Notes under the pieces: model-generated
Databases searched by the model: none
Told to the model about the DNA's origin: nothing
The model's input: the letters and a program-made list of their open reading frames with translations, nothing else
In this document: one piece after another, positions 51,890 to 61,442 of the stretch
Position numbering within the stretch: position 1 is the first letter of the stretch
How the letters are laid out: each line of letters opens with the position of its first letter
Made by a program: the position numbers and the translations under genes
Assembly (NCBI GenBank): GCA_016218805.1
Contig: JACRCW010000168.1
Span: forward strand, 1 to 64,000
From: Deltaproteobacteria bacterium
GTDB taxonomy: Bacteria > Myxococcota > JACRCW01
DNA: 64,000 nt
Direction: 5' to 3'

Positions 51890-51968
51890 GTCCGGGTCCA
51901 ACGGCCGGCCCTGCCCGGCGGTCTGCGCCGGGCGTAAACCCGTTCACAAACGGACACTTGGGCCGTGA

Positions 51969-53285
51969 TCAGCCCGTCACGGCCACCTGGCCCAGCCGCA
52001 CGCCCCGGGGGCCCAGGTAGGACTCGCGCCGCACGATCTCCTGCGCGAACCGCGCCTCCGCGAACGCCTGCAGGATGTTCCCGGACACGCTGCCGCCCCG
52101 CACCGGGGTCACGCGCCCGTCCTGGTGGAGGTAGCCGGTGCGGATTTCTCCGGAGAAGGCGCCGGAGATGGGGTTGGGGCTCAGCTGCGAAAAGCGCAGC
52201 AGCTCATAGACGGGCCGGTCCGCCTGCAGCAGCTTCGCATACGGCGTGGGTCCCGCCGTGACGACGACGTTGCCCATGGGGCCGGTGGCCGGCACGCCGG
52301 TGAGGTCCGCGTACTTCTTGGTGGCCACAAACGCGCGGAACACGTTGTCCTGCACCAGTGTGACCTTCCTGCACGGCTGCCCCTGCGCATCGCGCGCCTG
52401 GGACGCCCGGCCGCCGGGCAGCGTGGGATCGCTGTGCAGGGTGAGCGGTTCCCCGCGCAGGTCCGCCACAACGGGCTCACCGGGCTTGAGGCGGGACCAG
52501 CCTTCATAGCGCGCGGCCGCGTGCGCCTGCCCCACAAAGTAGTCCCACAGCGTGTCCAGCGCCTCCTCGCCGAACAGCACGTCGTACGTCCCGCTCGTCG
52601 GGAGCACCGCGCTCAGGCCGTCCCGCGTGTACTGCACGTAGCGGCGGATGTGGCCCGCCACGTCCAGGTCCGCCGCCAGCCGCGCCTTGGGGCTCTGCCA
52701 GATCTCGTGCTCGTCACCCTGTGCGTCCCGCGCCAGCAGCACGTACTCCACCAGCAGGTCCGTCTCGCGCCGTTCCACGTCCAGGCCGCGGCTGTTGAGC
52801 ACGCGCTGGTGCACGTCATCCGCAAACACCTCTGAACTGGACAGCGTCACCCCCGCGTGCTCCGCGGCGGCGCTGCGGATGGAGTGCGTGATGGTGTCCA
52901 CCACCGCGCGCGCGTTCTCCACCACGGCCTCGTCCGCCGTCGTCACCGGCGGTGCGTCCTCGCCGGGACCGGGCAGCGTGTAGGGCTCGTTGTGCACCAG
53001 GCGCGCGCGCTCCAGGGTCGCCTGCAACAGGGCGCGCACCTCGGTGGCGTCCGCCTGCGGCGAGAACGTCACGCTGCTCTCCCCCAGCGTCTCCTTGCCC
53101 TCGCGCGCCTGGCGCACGTGCACCGTCGCGGTCAGCTTTGTGCTCGCCACCTCGCGCAGCGCCTCGTCCCTTTCAAACACCGTGTAGCGCTGCGTGGAGC
53201 GGTGGTGGCTCTCCACCACCTGCCAGCCGCTGGTGTCCGGCAGCGCGCGCAGCAGCGCCGCCACGTCCCGCGCCGTCGTCGTCAT
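51969..53285 (-). CDS. TldE/PmbA family protein
   Basis: SDP..PGG..S...D.QG.P, FSGEI..G...DG...PV.GGSVSGN; no HExxxH; paired with TldD. Confidence 0.85.
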   Translation of the reverse strand: MTTTARDVAALLRALPDTSGWQVVESHHRSTQRYTVFERDEALREVASTKLTATVHVRQAREGKETLGESSVTFSPQADATEVRALLQATLERARLVHNEPYTLPGPGEDAPPVTTADEAVVENARAVVDTITHSIRSAAAEHAGVTLSSSEVFADDVHQRVLNSRGLDVERRETDLLVEYVLLARDAQGDEHEIWQSPKARLAADLDVAGHIRRYVQYTRDGLSAVLPTSGTYDVLFGEEALDTLWDYFVGQAHAAARYEGWSRLKPGEPVVADLRGEPLTLHSDPTLPGGRASQARDAQGQPCRKVTLVQDNVFRAFVATKKYADLTGVPATGPMGNVVVTAGPTPYAKLLQADRPVYELLRFSQLSPNPISGAFSGEIRTGYLHQDGRVTPVRGGSVSGNILQAFAEARFAQEIVRRESYLGPRGVRLGQVAVTG

Positions 53286-54667
53286 GCCACCCTCGCGTGC
53301 AGGCGCAGATACGGCCCGCCGTCAGTCACCTTCACCCACTCCTTGTGGCCCTTGCCGCACATGCCCAGCCCGGTGATCTCCACCTCGCGGCTCACCGCGC
53401 TGATGGACTGCAGCAGGTCCGGCACAAACCCCGTCACAATCACCGGCGAAAACACCTTGCCGGTGCGCTTCCCGCCGCGGATCTCCTCGGCCAGATAGCC
53501 TTCGCACTGGATGCCCCAGCCCTTGGGATCCTCCATGCCGTTGGAGCCGTGCGTGATGAACAGCCCCTGGTCCACGCCCGCAAACACCTCCTCCACCGAT
53601 GAGCAACCGCCGCCGAAGTACGTGTTGGTCATGCGCGTGTAGACCTTGCGCTCAAAGCTCTCACGCCGGCCGTTGGACGTGCGCGGCAGCCCCAGCCGCA
53701 GCGCCGCATCCAGGTTGGTGATTGCGCTCAGCAGCACGCCGTCACGGATGATCTGCGTCTCGCCGGCCAGCTGGCCCTCGTGGTCAAAGTGGAAGGTGGC
53801 GGCGTGGCCGGGCAGGGCCGGGCTGTCAAACATGTTGACCAGGTCACTGGCCACGCGTTTGCCCAGGTACTGCTGCCCGCGCGCGCGCCGCTTGAGGAAC
53901 ATGTCCGCCTCGGTGCCGTGGCCAAACGCCTCGTGCGCAAACAGCCCCGCAAAGTCCGGCGCGAACACGCAGTGGTGCAGCCCCGGCTCCACGCGCCCCG
54001 CGCCCATCAGGCGCCCGCAGTCGTGCACAATCTCATCCATGAGCGCGTCCGTGAGCTGGCAGTGCTCAAACCCGCCCGCGCGGGACCGGCCGCCGTACAG
54101 CTCCGCCTGGTTGGGCCCGTCCTGCATGACCAGAAACGCCACCGCCTCCGCGCGGCGCAGATCCTGGAACAGCGTGCGCGTGCGGTTGACGAACAGCTCC
54201 TGCGACTGCACGTCGCCAATGCGCGCCACCGAGTGCACCGTGCGCGGGTCCCGCCCCACGCGCGCGCGCAGGTCATGGGCGCGCGCCACCTTGTCCGCCA
54301 GCGGCACGTCCGCCGCGGGCACCTGCTCGTGCGTGGTCCATTGGCGCTGCAGCGGCGGGCCGGGATCCACCACCGGGCCATGCGGATCCACGCCCGCCTC
54401 CAGCGCGCGGCTGCGCAGCTGCGCCGCCGCGGCGGCCATCCCCGCGGGGGCCAGGTCCGTGGTGGATACCTCCACAAACGCGCGCCCGGTGAACGCGCTC
54501 AGCACGCACCCCAGCATGGGATCCGTGGGTTCCACCGCCGCCTGCTTGCCCGTCACGCGCACCGCCACGCCGGAACGGCGCGTGCACAGCGCGGAGGCGT
54601 AGGGGAGGTCGCGCTCAAGCGAGGCCACGGTCTGGGACAAGGTGCCGGTCAGGTCGCGAAGGTCCAT
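53282..54667 (-). CDS. tldD: TldD family metalloprotease
   Basis: FAHEAFGHG.EAD, D.EG, NGRRE......RMTNT, GMCGKG...V.V.DGGP. Confidence 0.9.
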   Translation of the reverse strand: MDLRDLTGTLSQTVASLERDLPYASALCTRRSGVAVRVTGKQAAVEPTDPMLGCVLSAFTGRAFVEVSTTDLAPAGMAAAAAQLRSRALEAGVDPHGPVVDPGPPLQRQWTTHEQVPAADVPLADKVARAHDLRARVGRDPRTVHSVARIGDVQSQELFVNRTRTLFQDLRRAEAVAFLVMQDGPNQAELYGGRSRAGGFEHCQLTDALMDEIVHDCGRLMGAGRVEPGLHHCVFAPDFAGLFAHEAFGHGTEADMFLKRRARGQQYLGKRVASDLVNMFDSPALPGHAATFHFDHEGQLAGETQIIRDGVLLSAITNLDAALRLGLPRTSNGRRESFERKVYTRMTNTYFGGGCSSVEEVFAGVDQGLFITHGSNGMEDPKGWGIQCEGYLAEEIRGGKRTGKVFSPVIVTGFVPDLLQSISAVSREVEITGLGMCGKGHKEWVKVTDGGPYLRLHARVA

Positions 54668-54759
54668 GGCCGCAGGCTCCCGCACGCCCGTTCGCCGTCG
54701 CAAGGGTGCTTCCCACCGTCCGATGATGGCAGACTGCCTGACCGACCAGGAGGTGTCCC

Positions 54760-55188
54760 GTGTTGCGTCTGTTTGCCGTGTTGTCCACCGCCGTCTTCCT
54801 GTCGTGCAGCACCGAGGGCTCGTCGGGGACCGACGCCGGCAGCGGTGGCTTCCATGACGAGCTCAAGTTCGGCTCGTCATTCACCGGCTTCAACCTGGTG
54901 GGCGAGGGCACGTCCTTTTCCATGGCCGCCACGTCGTCCAACATCGCGTTCCGCTTTGAGAGCGCGGCGGAGTTCGGCGACCGGTTCCTGCGCCTGCACG
55001 TGTACAACAGCGGCGGCGCGCCTTACGGAGACGACGACTACGTTCCGGGGCAGGCCAACGCGCACATTCTCCTCAGCACCTTCCGCATCACGCACCCGGG
55101 CTCCTACGAAGTCCGCGCCTACCTGGTTCCCCCGGGCGGCGGCTCCGAGGCGCACGTCATCACCGCGCCCATCCAGATCACCAACTGA
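54760..55188 (+). CDS. Hypothetical lipoprotein
   Basis: AGGAGG RBS; lipobox FLS-C; small beta-sandwich-like body. Confidence 0.75.
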   Translation: MLRLFAVLSTAVFLSCSTEGSSGTDAGSGGFHDELKFGSSFTGFNLVGEGTSFSMAATSSNIAFRFESAAEFGDRFLRLHVYNSGGAPYGDDDYVPGQANAHILLSTFRITHPGSYEVRAYLVPPGGGSEAHVITAPIQITN

Positions 55189-55270
55189 CCGGGCCCGCTC
55201 CCGGTGTAGAACGCGCGCGCCGCGGCAGATCCCTGCCGCGCGCCGCACGTTTGCCCCAAGGAGCCCAAAG

Positions 55271-55744
55271 ATGACCGTGGAGGTCCGCGTCGTGCTCGCC
55301 CCGGATGCCAACCCGCGCCCTGAAGCGGTGGGCGAACCCATCCCCGTCCCCCGCCAGGCCACGCCGCTGGCCGCGGGGCTGGACCTGCTGGCGTGGGTGG
55401 CGGAGCCCATCACGCTGCAGCCGGGGGCGCGCTCGCGGATTCCCACGGGCGTTTGTCTCGAGATTCCCCCGGGGTACGAAGGCCAGGTGCGGCCGCGCTC
55501 CGGGCTGGCGGCCAACCACGGCGTCACGGTGCTCAACGCGCCGGGCACGGTGGACGCGGATTACCGCGGCCAGGTGGCGGTGATCCTGGTGAACCTGTCC
55601 GACCGGCCCTACACGGTCCGGCGCGGTGACCGGGTGGCGCAGCTGGTGGTCTGTCCGGTGGCGCACCCGGTCCGCGTCAGCCTGGTGGACGCGCTGGGGG
55701 AGACAGGCCGCGGCGGGGGCGGGTTTGGCAGCACGGGAGTTTGA
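55271..55744 (+). CDS. dut: dUTP diphosphatase
   Basis: AAGLDL, RPRSGLA, NAPGTVDADYRG, RVAQLV, RG.GGFGSTG (five dUTPase motifs). Confidence 0.97.
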   Translation: MTVEVRVVLAPDANPRPEAVGEPIPVPRQATPLAAGLDLLAWVAEPITLQPGARSRIPTGVCLEIPPGYEGQVRPRSGLAANHGVTVLNAPGTVDADYRGQVAVILVNLSDRPYTVRRGDRVAQLVVCPVAHPVRVSLVDALGETGRGGGGFGSTGV

Positions 55745-55842
55745 CCATGATGTGGCTGGCGTGACAGAAACGTTGTTTTGTCGGGGCGACCGCCCCGGCG
55801 GCTGTGGTGTCGCTTCACCGACGGTGTAGGAGTCCGGGTCCC

Positions 55843-58800
55843 TTGCTCTGCTTCCGCTGTGGAACGTACGCGCCGGACGGCAGCTCCAAGTGCCCGGGGT
55901 GCGGCCAGGTCTTTCAGAAGACCAATGCTGGCCAGGACAAGCGCAAGGCGTCCGGCACGCGGCAGCCGCAGGCCATCTTCTCCATTGGTGAGACGGTGGC
56001 TGAGCGCTACCGCATCCTGGACGTCATTGGCAGCGGCGGGGTGGGCACGGTCTATCGCGCGCATGACACGGACATTGACGTGGACGTGGCGCTCAAGGCG
56101 GTGGCCCCCAAGCTGCTGCAGACCGCTGACGAGCAGAAGACCTTCAGCCGCTTCATCAAGACCGCGCGCAAGCTGCACCACGCCAACATTGTCCGCATCT
56201 ATGACGAGGGACGCGACGCCGGTGCCCAGGGCGAGCGGCGCTTCTTCACCATGCAGCTGCTGGAGGGGCTCACGCTCCGCAAGATCATCCAGCTGCGGCG
56301 TGAGAAGACCCAGGTGTTCCAGCTCGCGGAGATTGAGCCCATCTTTGCGCAGCTGGCCGCGGCCATGGACTACGCGCACAAGACGGTGTGGCACGGTGAC
56401 CTCAAGCCGGAGAACGTGCTGGTCCTGCCGGACCTGCTCAAGGTCACGGACTTCTGCCTCATCCAGGCGCTGCCCACCAAGCCGTTCCTCGCCATCCAGA
56501 AGTCCCGCGGCGCGGCTTACCAGTACATCGCCCCGGAGGTGCGCCTGGAGGCCTCGCGCATTGACGGGCGCGCGGACGTGTATTCGCTGGGCGTGATCCT
56601 GGCGGAGATGCTCACCGGCGAGGTGTACGAGGGCCACTCCGCCAAGAACATCCAGAAGGCGCTGGAGGCGCTGCCCCGCAACATTGACGCCACCATCCGC
56701 AAGGCCGTGCACGAGAGCCCGGACACGCGCTTCCAGACCGCCGGCGAGCTGTCCCAGGCGCTGGCGGAGATTGTGGCCCGCGGGGACGCCGCGCGCGTTG
56801 CCACGCCGGCCCCGCGCAGCATGCCGCCGCCCCCGCCGCAGGACTCCGACGAGCACTCCGTGCGGTCGGAGAACTCCGACGAGAACTCGCTGCCCGCGGC
56901 CAGCGAGTCCTCCGTCATCATGCTGGAGCACCAGCCCGCCGGCACCACGGACGTGACGGAGGTGCCGGAGCTGCCGTCCGGGTCTGACGAGACGCCGGTG
57001 GTGGGGCTGCGGGCCAAGAACGTGCAGAAGGCGCTGCTGGAGCCGGACACGGACGAGCAGCGCACCGGCGCCGCCAACCGCAACAAGGCGGATGCGCACG
57101 GCATTGGTGCGGACGAGATTGTGGAAGAGGCGGACGCGGAGGAGGAGCCCGACACGCCCGCGCAGCTGGGCCCGCCCACGCACGAGGACACCGAGCAGGA
57201 CGAGGGGGACAAGTCAGAAGAGGTGAAGGTGCCCACCTCCGGCGAGGTGGCCGTCCCCACGCGCCCGCCGCCCCGGTCCCTGCCGCCGCCGCCGCCGACG
57301 GAGCGCTCCAACGGGCATTCGCGCAATGGGCATGAGCCGGCCGCTGCGCAGGACCCGTATGGCCCGCCCCCGCCGCTGCCGGAGGATCCTTCGGACAGCG
57401 GGCGGCTGGTGTCCAGCCCGGACAACCTGGCCATCCATGACGAGCCCACGCTCAACGAGAAGAGCGCCAAGGTGGGCCTGCATGACGCGCTCACCAGCCT
57501 GCGGCCCAACCCCAAGTACGAATCCACGCTGCCCAAGGGCGCGTTTGTGCCGCCGCAGGAGCGGCCCACCACCGCGCTCCCGGCGCTGTCCATTCCGCCG
57601 CCCCAGGTCACGCGCGAGCAGCCCACGCAACAGCGCAAGGGCATGCCGCTGCTGCCCATCTTTGCCGCCATTGGCGTGTTTGTGGGCGCGGCGGGCTTCT
57701 TTGCCGTGCGCGAGTACCGCAACATGGCCGCCCAGCTGGACAAGGCCGGCCGCGGCACGGTGAACCAGCCCGCGCCCCTGCCTCCCCCCACGGAAATCCC
57801 CCCCAAGCCTGAGACGCCACCCGCCCCCGCACCGACGGGCGCCACCGGTCCCACCGCCGCCCCGGCAGCCCCCGCGCCCGCGGACGACGCGAAGAAGAAG
57901 GCGGAGGAGGAGGCCGCGCGCAAGAAGGCCGCTGACGACGAGAAGGCCCGCCTGGCCGCGGAGGAAGACGCGCGCCGCAAGGCCGCCGCCGAGGAGGAGG
58001 CCACGCGCAGGAGGGCGGAGGAGGACGCGCGCCGCGCGGCCGAGAAGCACCCCGCCGCCAACGACGATGCCAAGCGCAAGAAGGAGGAGGACGCCGCCGC
58101 CCGGCGTGCCGCCGCCGAGGACGCCCGGCGCAAGAAGGACGAGGAAAAGCAGGCCGCTGCGGAGGCCCGCAAGGCGGCCGCCGAGGAGACCAAGCGCCGC
58201 AAGGAGGAGGACGCCGCTGCGCGCAAGGCCGCCGCCGACGAGAAGAAGAGGGCCGCCGAGGAGGCCGCTGCCGCGCGCCGCGCCGCCGACGAGGAGAAGA
58301 AGAAGGCCGCGGAGGAAGCGGCTGCCAGGAAGAAGGCGGACGAGGAGGCGGCCGCCGCCAAGAAACACGTGGCCGCCGCGGATCCCGCGCAGCTGAGCTG
58401 CCCCAAGGGCATGGCGCTCGTCGTGGGTGGGGCCTTCAAGATGGGTTCCGCCGCCAACGACCCGATGCACAATTTTGAGGAGAAGCGGCTGGAGCTGGTG
58501 GAGGTCAAGCCGTTCTGCATTGACTACTACGAGTTCCCCAACTCCAAGAGCGCCAAGCCGACGACGAACGTCAGCTGGTTCCAGGCGCAGGAACTCTGCA
58601 AGGGCAAAGGCAAGCGCCTGTGCGAGGAAGAGGAGTGGGAGAAGGCCTGCAAGGGCCCGGACAACGAGCGCTATCCCTACGGCAACAGCTGGGACCCGGA
58701 CCGCTGCAGCACTCAGGACGCGGAGGGCAACGACCGCGAGCTGGCCGAGCAGAAGGCCTTCCCCAAGTGCCGCAGCGGGTTTGGGCTCATCAACCTGTCC

Positions 58801-58995
58801 GGCAATGCCAGCGAATGGGTGGCCAGCTCCTTCAGCTCCACGCAGAAGGACCGCGTGCACAAGGGCGGCAGCGCCAACCGCCCGGACTGGGCCACCCGCT
58901 GCGCCAACCGCGCCAACCTGGCGCCCTCCGGCAAGAACCCGTTTGTGGGCTTCCGCTGCTGCGCCGACCCCGGGGCCGGGACCGCCTCCGAGTGA
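55843..58995 (+). CDS. Ser/Thr protein kinase: Zn ribbon - kinase - disordered linker - TM - charged helical rod - FGE/SUMF1-like domain
   Basis: AGGAG RBS and TTG start; CFRC..CPGC; GSGGVG, VALK, HGDLKPEN, DFC, APE, DVYSLG; TM; E/K/R/A repeats; RLC..EEWEKAC, YPYG, SGN..EW, GFRCC. Confidence 0.9.
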   Translation: MLCFRCGTYAPDGSSKCPGCGQVFQKTNAGQDKRKASGTRQPQAIFSIGETVAERYRILDVIGSGGVGTVYRAHDTDIDVDVALKAVAPKLLQTADEQKTFSRFIKTARKLHHANIVRIYDEGRDAGAQGERRFFTMQLLEGLTLRKIIQLRREKTQVFQLAEIEPIFAQLAAAMDYAHKTVWHGDLKPENVLVLPDLLKVTDFCLIQALPTKPFLAIQKSRGAAYQYIAPEVRLEASRIDGRADVYSLGVILAEMLTGEVYEGHSAKNIQKALEALPRNIDATIRKAVHESPDTRFQTAGELSQALAEIVARGDAARVATPAPRSMPPPPPQDSDEHSVRSENSDENSLPAASESSVIMLEHQPAGTTDVTEVPELPSGSDETPVVGLRAKNVQKALLEPDTDEQRTGAANRNKADAHGIGADEIVEEADAEEEPDTPAQLGPPTHEDTEQDEGDKSEEVKVPTSGEVAVPTRPPPRSLPPPPPTERSNGHSRNGHEPAAAQDPYGPPPPLPEDPSDSGRLVSSPDNLAIHDEPTLNEKSAKVGLHDALTSLRPNPKYESTLPKGAFVPPQERPTTALPALSIPPPQVTREQPTQQRKGMPLLPIFAAIGVFVGAAGFFAVREYRNMAAQLDKAGRGTVNQPAPLPPPTEIPPKPETPPAPAPTGATGPTAAPAAPAPADDAKKKAEEEAARKKAADDEKARLAAEEDARRKAAAEEEATRRRAEEDARRAAEKHPAANDDAKRKKEEDAAARRAAAEDARRKKDEEKQAAAEARKAAAEETKRRKEEDAAARKAAADEKKRAAEEAAAARRAADEEKKKAAEEAAARKKADEEAAAAKKHVAAADPAQLSCPKGMALVVGGAFKMGSAANDPMHNFEEKRLELVEVKPFCIDYYEFPNSKSAKPTTNVSWFQAQELCKGKGKRLCEEEEWEKACKGPDNERYPYGNSWDPDRCSTQDAEGNDRELAEQKAFPKCRSGFGLINLSGNASEWVASSFSSTQKDRVHKGGSANRPDWATRCANRANLAPSGKNPFVGFRCCADPGAGTASE
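57883..58380 (+). repeat. Low-complexity Ala/Glu/Lys/Arg repeats (TolA-like or single alpha-helix rod)
   Basis: Recurrent EE(D/E)AAARKAAA / KRKKEEDAAA units. Confidence 0.8.
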
Positions 58996-59000
58996 GCCCC

Positions 59001-59933
59001 ATGGCCGCGCGCGCGCTCCCGTGGCTCATGTGCCTTTGGGCGGCGTCCGCCAGTCTGCCCGCGCTGGCCGCCCGCGTAGCCGTGGTGGCGGATGACGACC
59101 TCACCGTCTACCGCAGCGTGATCACCGGTTTCTCCATTGAGGCGCGCGCCGAGATTGACGAGTACAACCTCCGCGGTGACGTGAAGGCGGGCGACAAGAT
59201 TGCCGCCGAGATCACCGGGCGCAAGCCGGACCTGCTGTTTGCGGTGGGGCCCAAGAGCGCCAACCTGCTGCGCCAGAAGTTCCCGCAGGCGCCGTTGCTG
59301 CACTGCATGGTGCCCAACGTGGGCCAGTATGACCTGGGCCAGCCGCAGACCACCGGCGTGGGGCTGGAGCCGGGGGTGAAGGAGCAGTTTGGCGCGCTCA
59401 AGGCGTTGCTGCCCGGGCTCAAGAAGGTGGGCGTGGTGTTTGACGGGCGGCATTCCGGCGTGAAGGTCAAGGAGGCCGAAGCGCTGGCCGGGAGCCTGGG
59501 TCTCACGGTGCTCACCTCCGAAGTGCAGATGCCGGAGGACATCACCGGTGCGCTCAAGGGCCTGGGCGCCGTGGACGCCATCTGGACGCCCGCGGACTCC
59601 ACCATCCTCACCGTGACCGGCCTGGACGCCCTGGGCGAATACTCCCGCGCCCAGAAGGTCCCCGTGTACGGCATCAACGCCAACCACGTGCAGCGCGGCG
59701 CGCTGCTCACCCTGGCGCTGGACTACCCGCGCGTGGGCCGCCAGGCGGGGAAGCTGGCCAACCGGGTGCTGGCGGACCCCAAGGCGGCCCGCGGGCTGGC
59801 CCTGCAGCCGCCGGAAGGCCTGGACCTGGCGCTCAACCTCACCGTCGCCAAACGGCTCAGCCTGGACGCCGTGGCGCAGGCCGCGTTGGAACTGGCGGCG
59901 GAGAAGCGTTACTCGGTCCAGGTGTTCAAGTGA
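59001..59933 (+). CDS. ABC-type substrate-binding protein (ABC_sub_bind family), orphan
   Basis: Signal peptide, KPDL.FAVG..SA, LK.LLP..KKVGV.F, DAIW...D.T, P.Y......V..GAL; no permease nearby. Confidence 0.8.
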   Translation: MAARALPWLMCLWAASASLPALAARVAVVADDDLTVYRSVITGFSIEARAEIDEYNLRGDVKAGDKIAAEITGRKPDLLFAVGPKSANLLRQKFPQAPLLHCMVPNVGQYDLGQPQTTGVGLEPGVKEQFGALKALLPGLKKVGVVFDGRHSGVKVKEAEALAGSLGLTVLTSEVQMPEDITGALKGLGAVDAIWTPADSTILTVTGLDALGEYSRAQKVPVYGINANHVQRGALLTLALDYPRVGRQAGKLANRVLADPKAARGLALQPPEGLDLALNLTVAKRLSLDAVAQAALELAAEKRYSVQVFK

Positions 59934-59943
59934 CCTCTCAAGG

Positions 59944-59960
59944 GTGTACGCGCGTTCAGC
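59944..59960 (+). promoter_or_regulatory. Putative LexA (SOS) box
   Basis: GTGTACGCGCGTTCAGC matches CTRHAMRYBYGTTCAGS at 16/17, 42 nt before the start codon. Confidence 0.6.
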
Positions 59961-60002
59961 GGGCGCTTCCCGGTTCATCCCCGAGGCTGTAGACCCCACG
60001 CC

Positions 60003-60905
60003 GTGCGGTTCACGGTGTTGGGCAGCGGTTCCAAGGGCAACGCGCTCGTGGTGGAGGGGGCGGGTGTCCGCGTGCTGGTGGACGCGGGACTGGGGCCGCG
60101 CGTGTTTCGGGACCGCCTGGGCGCCACCGGCCTGTGTGACCTGCGGCCGCGCGCGCTGTTCGTGACCCATGGCCACAGTGACCACGTGGGCCACGCCCCG
60201 GAAGTGGCGGAGTCCTACAACATCCCCACCCACGCCACGGACGCATGCGCCGCCGAACGGGCCGCTGCCGGCGCGCCGCTGTTCGCCCACCGCGCGCTGC
60301 CCACCGGTGCTGAGGTGCGCATCGGGTCGCTGTGCGTGCGCGCGTTTGCCACGCCGCATGACGCACCGGGCAGCGCGGGGCTGGTGTTTGAGGACGGTGA
60401 ATCCCGCCTGGGGATTGTCACGGACCTGGGGTGCGTGCCGGACCACGTGACGGCCGCGCTGCGTGACGTGGACCTGCTGTACGTGGAGTCCAACCACGAC
60501 GTGGAGATGCTGCGCAACGGGCCGTACCCGGCCTTCCTCAAGCGCCGGTGCCTGTCCAACGTGGGCCACCTGTCCAATGAGCAGTGCGCCATCCTCCTGG
60601 GGCGCGCGCGCGGTTCCCGCCTGCGCACCGTGGTGCTGGCGCACCTGAGCGAGGCCAACAACACGCCCCAGGCCGCGCTGCGCGTGGCGCGGCGCCTGCT
60701 GGATGGCAGCGGCGTGGCGCTGCACGTGGCGCCGCAGCGGGAGGCGCTGCCCACGCTGGAGGTCCGCAAGGCCCGCCCGGCGCGGCCGCCGGAGCCCGTC
60801 TATGAACTGGCGACGGTGGGCGCGCGCCCCCGGCGCACCGGCGGCGCGCGCGGCGGGCTGGGCGCGGGGCCGCAGGCGCAGATGGACCTGTTTGGCTTCA
60901 AGTGA
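60003..60905 (+). CDS. Metallo-beta-lactamase-fold hydrolase, YycJ/WalJ-like nuclease
   Basis: LGSGSKGN, LVDAG, THGHSDH, HDA, TDLG, ESNHD..ML..GPYP..LK.R.....GHLSN, LAHLSE.NN; C-terminal QMDLF. Confidence 0.9.
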   Translation: MRFTVLGSGSKGNALVVEGAGVRVLVDAGLGPRVFRDRLGATGLCDLRPRALFVTHGHSDHVGHAPEVAESYNIPTHATDACAAERAAAGAPLFAHRALPTGAEVRIGSLCVRAFATPHDAPGSAGLVFEDGESRLGIVTDLGCVPDHVTAALRDVDLLYVESNHDVEMLRNGPYPAFLKRRCLSNVGHLSNEQCAILLGRARGSRLRTVVLAHLSEANNTPQAALRVARRLLDGSGVALHVAPQREALPTLEVRKARPARPPEPVYELATVGARPRRTGGARGGLGAGPQAQMDLFGFK

Positions 60906-60908
60906 GGG

Positions 60909-61442
60909 TCAGGGGAAGGTGGGGAGTCCCGGCTCCCACGCGGCGTTGTCCTGGCGCGGCTGGTCCCGCTCAATGGGCGTGACCACTTCTGCCTTGAGGA
61001 GGAATTCGCCCTGCGCGTCCATGCGCAGCTCCACCAGGTGATCCCCGGCCTGGTAGACGGTCTGCATCACCTGCCAGGTGTGGTCCTGGCCAATCTGGCG
61101 GAACATGTCCTCGCCGGTGGCGTCCTGGCGGTGCGGCTCGCCGCAGCCGGGCTCGTAGATGGTGAACTCCACGTCGCTGCCGGGGTGGATCTGCTTCTTC
61201 CAGTAGAAGTGCAGGTACACGTCCGCTTCGCCCTCCGTGTTCACCACAAAGCTGCGGTAGCCGGGCACGCGCACCAGCACGTAGTTGTCGCCCTCGGACA
61301 GCCGGCAGCCCGCCGTGGAAGAGCACACTGGCACCGCGGAGTCGCATTCGTCCAGGCGCGCGGTGCCAATGAACTGTTCCTCCGCGCCCAGCTGGCAGGC
61401 GCTCAACACCAGCAGCCCCAGACTGACCGTCCGCGCCCTCAT
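60909..61442 (-). CDS. Lipoprotein, MtsF-like (last gene of an mts-like operon)
   Basis: Lipobox LSA-C; C...VC..TAGC.L...Y....PG...F.V...EPGC; operon context. Confidence 0.55.
   Translation of the reverse strand: MRARTVSLGLLVLSACQLGAEEQFIGTARLDECDSAVPVCSSTAGCRLSEGDNYVLVRVPGYRSFVVNTEGEADVYLHFYWKKQIHPGSDVEFTIYEPGCGEPHRQDATGEDMFRQIGQDHTWQVMQTVYQAGDHLVELRMDAQGEFLLKAEVVTPIERDQPRQDNAAWEPGLPTFP

Noticed and set aside
51969..55188. RiPP cluster around TldD/TldE
   Set aside because: No YcaO, dehydrogenase, precursor peptide or exporter nearby
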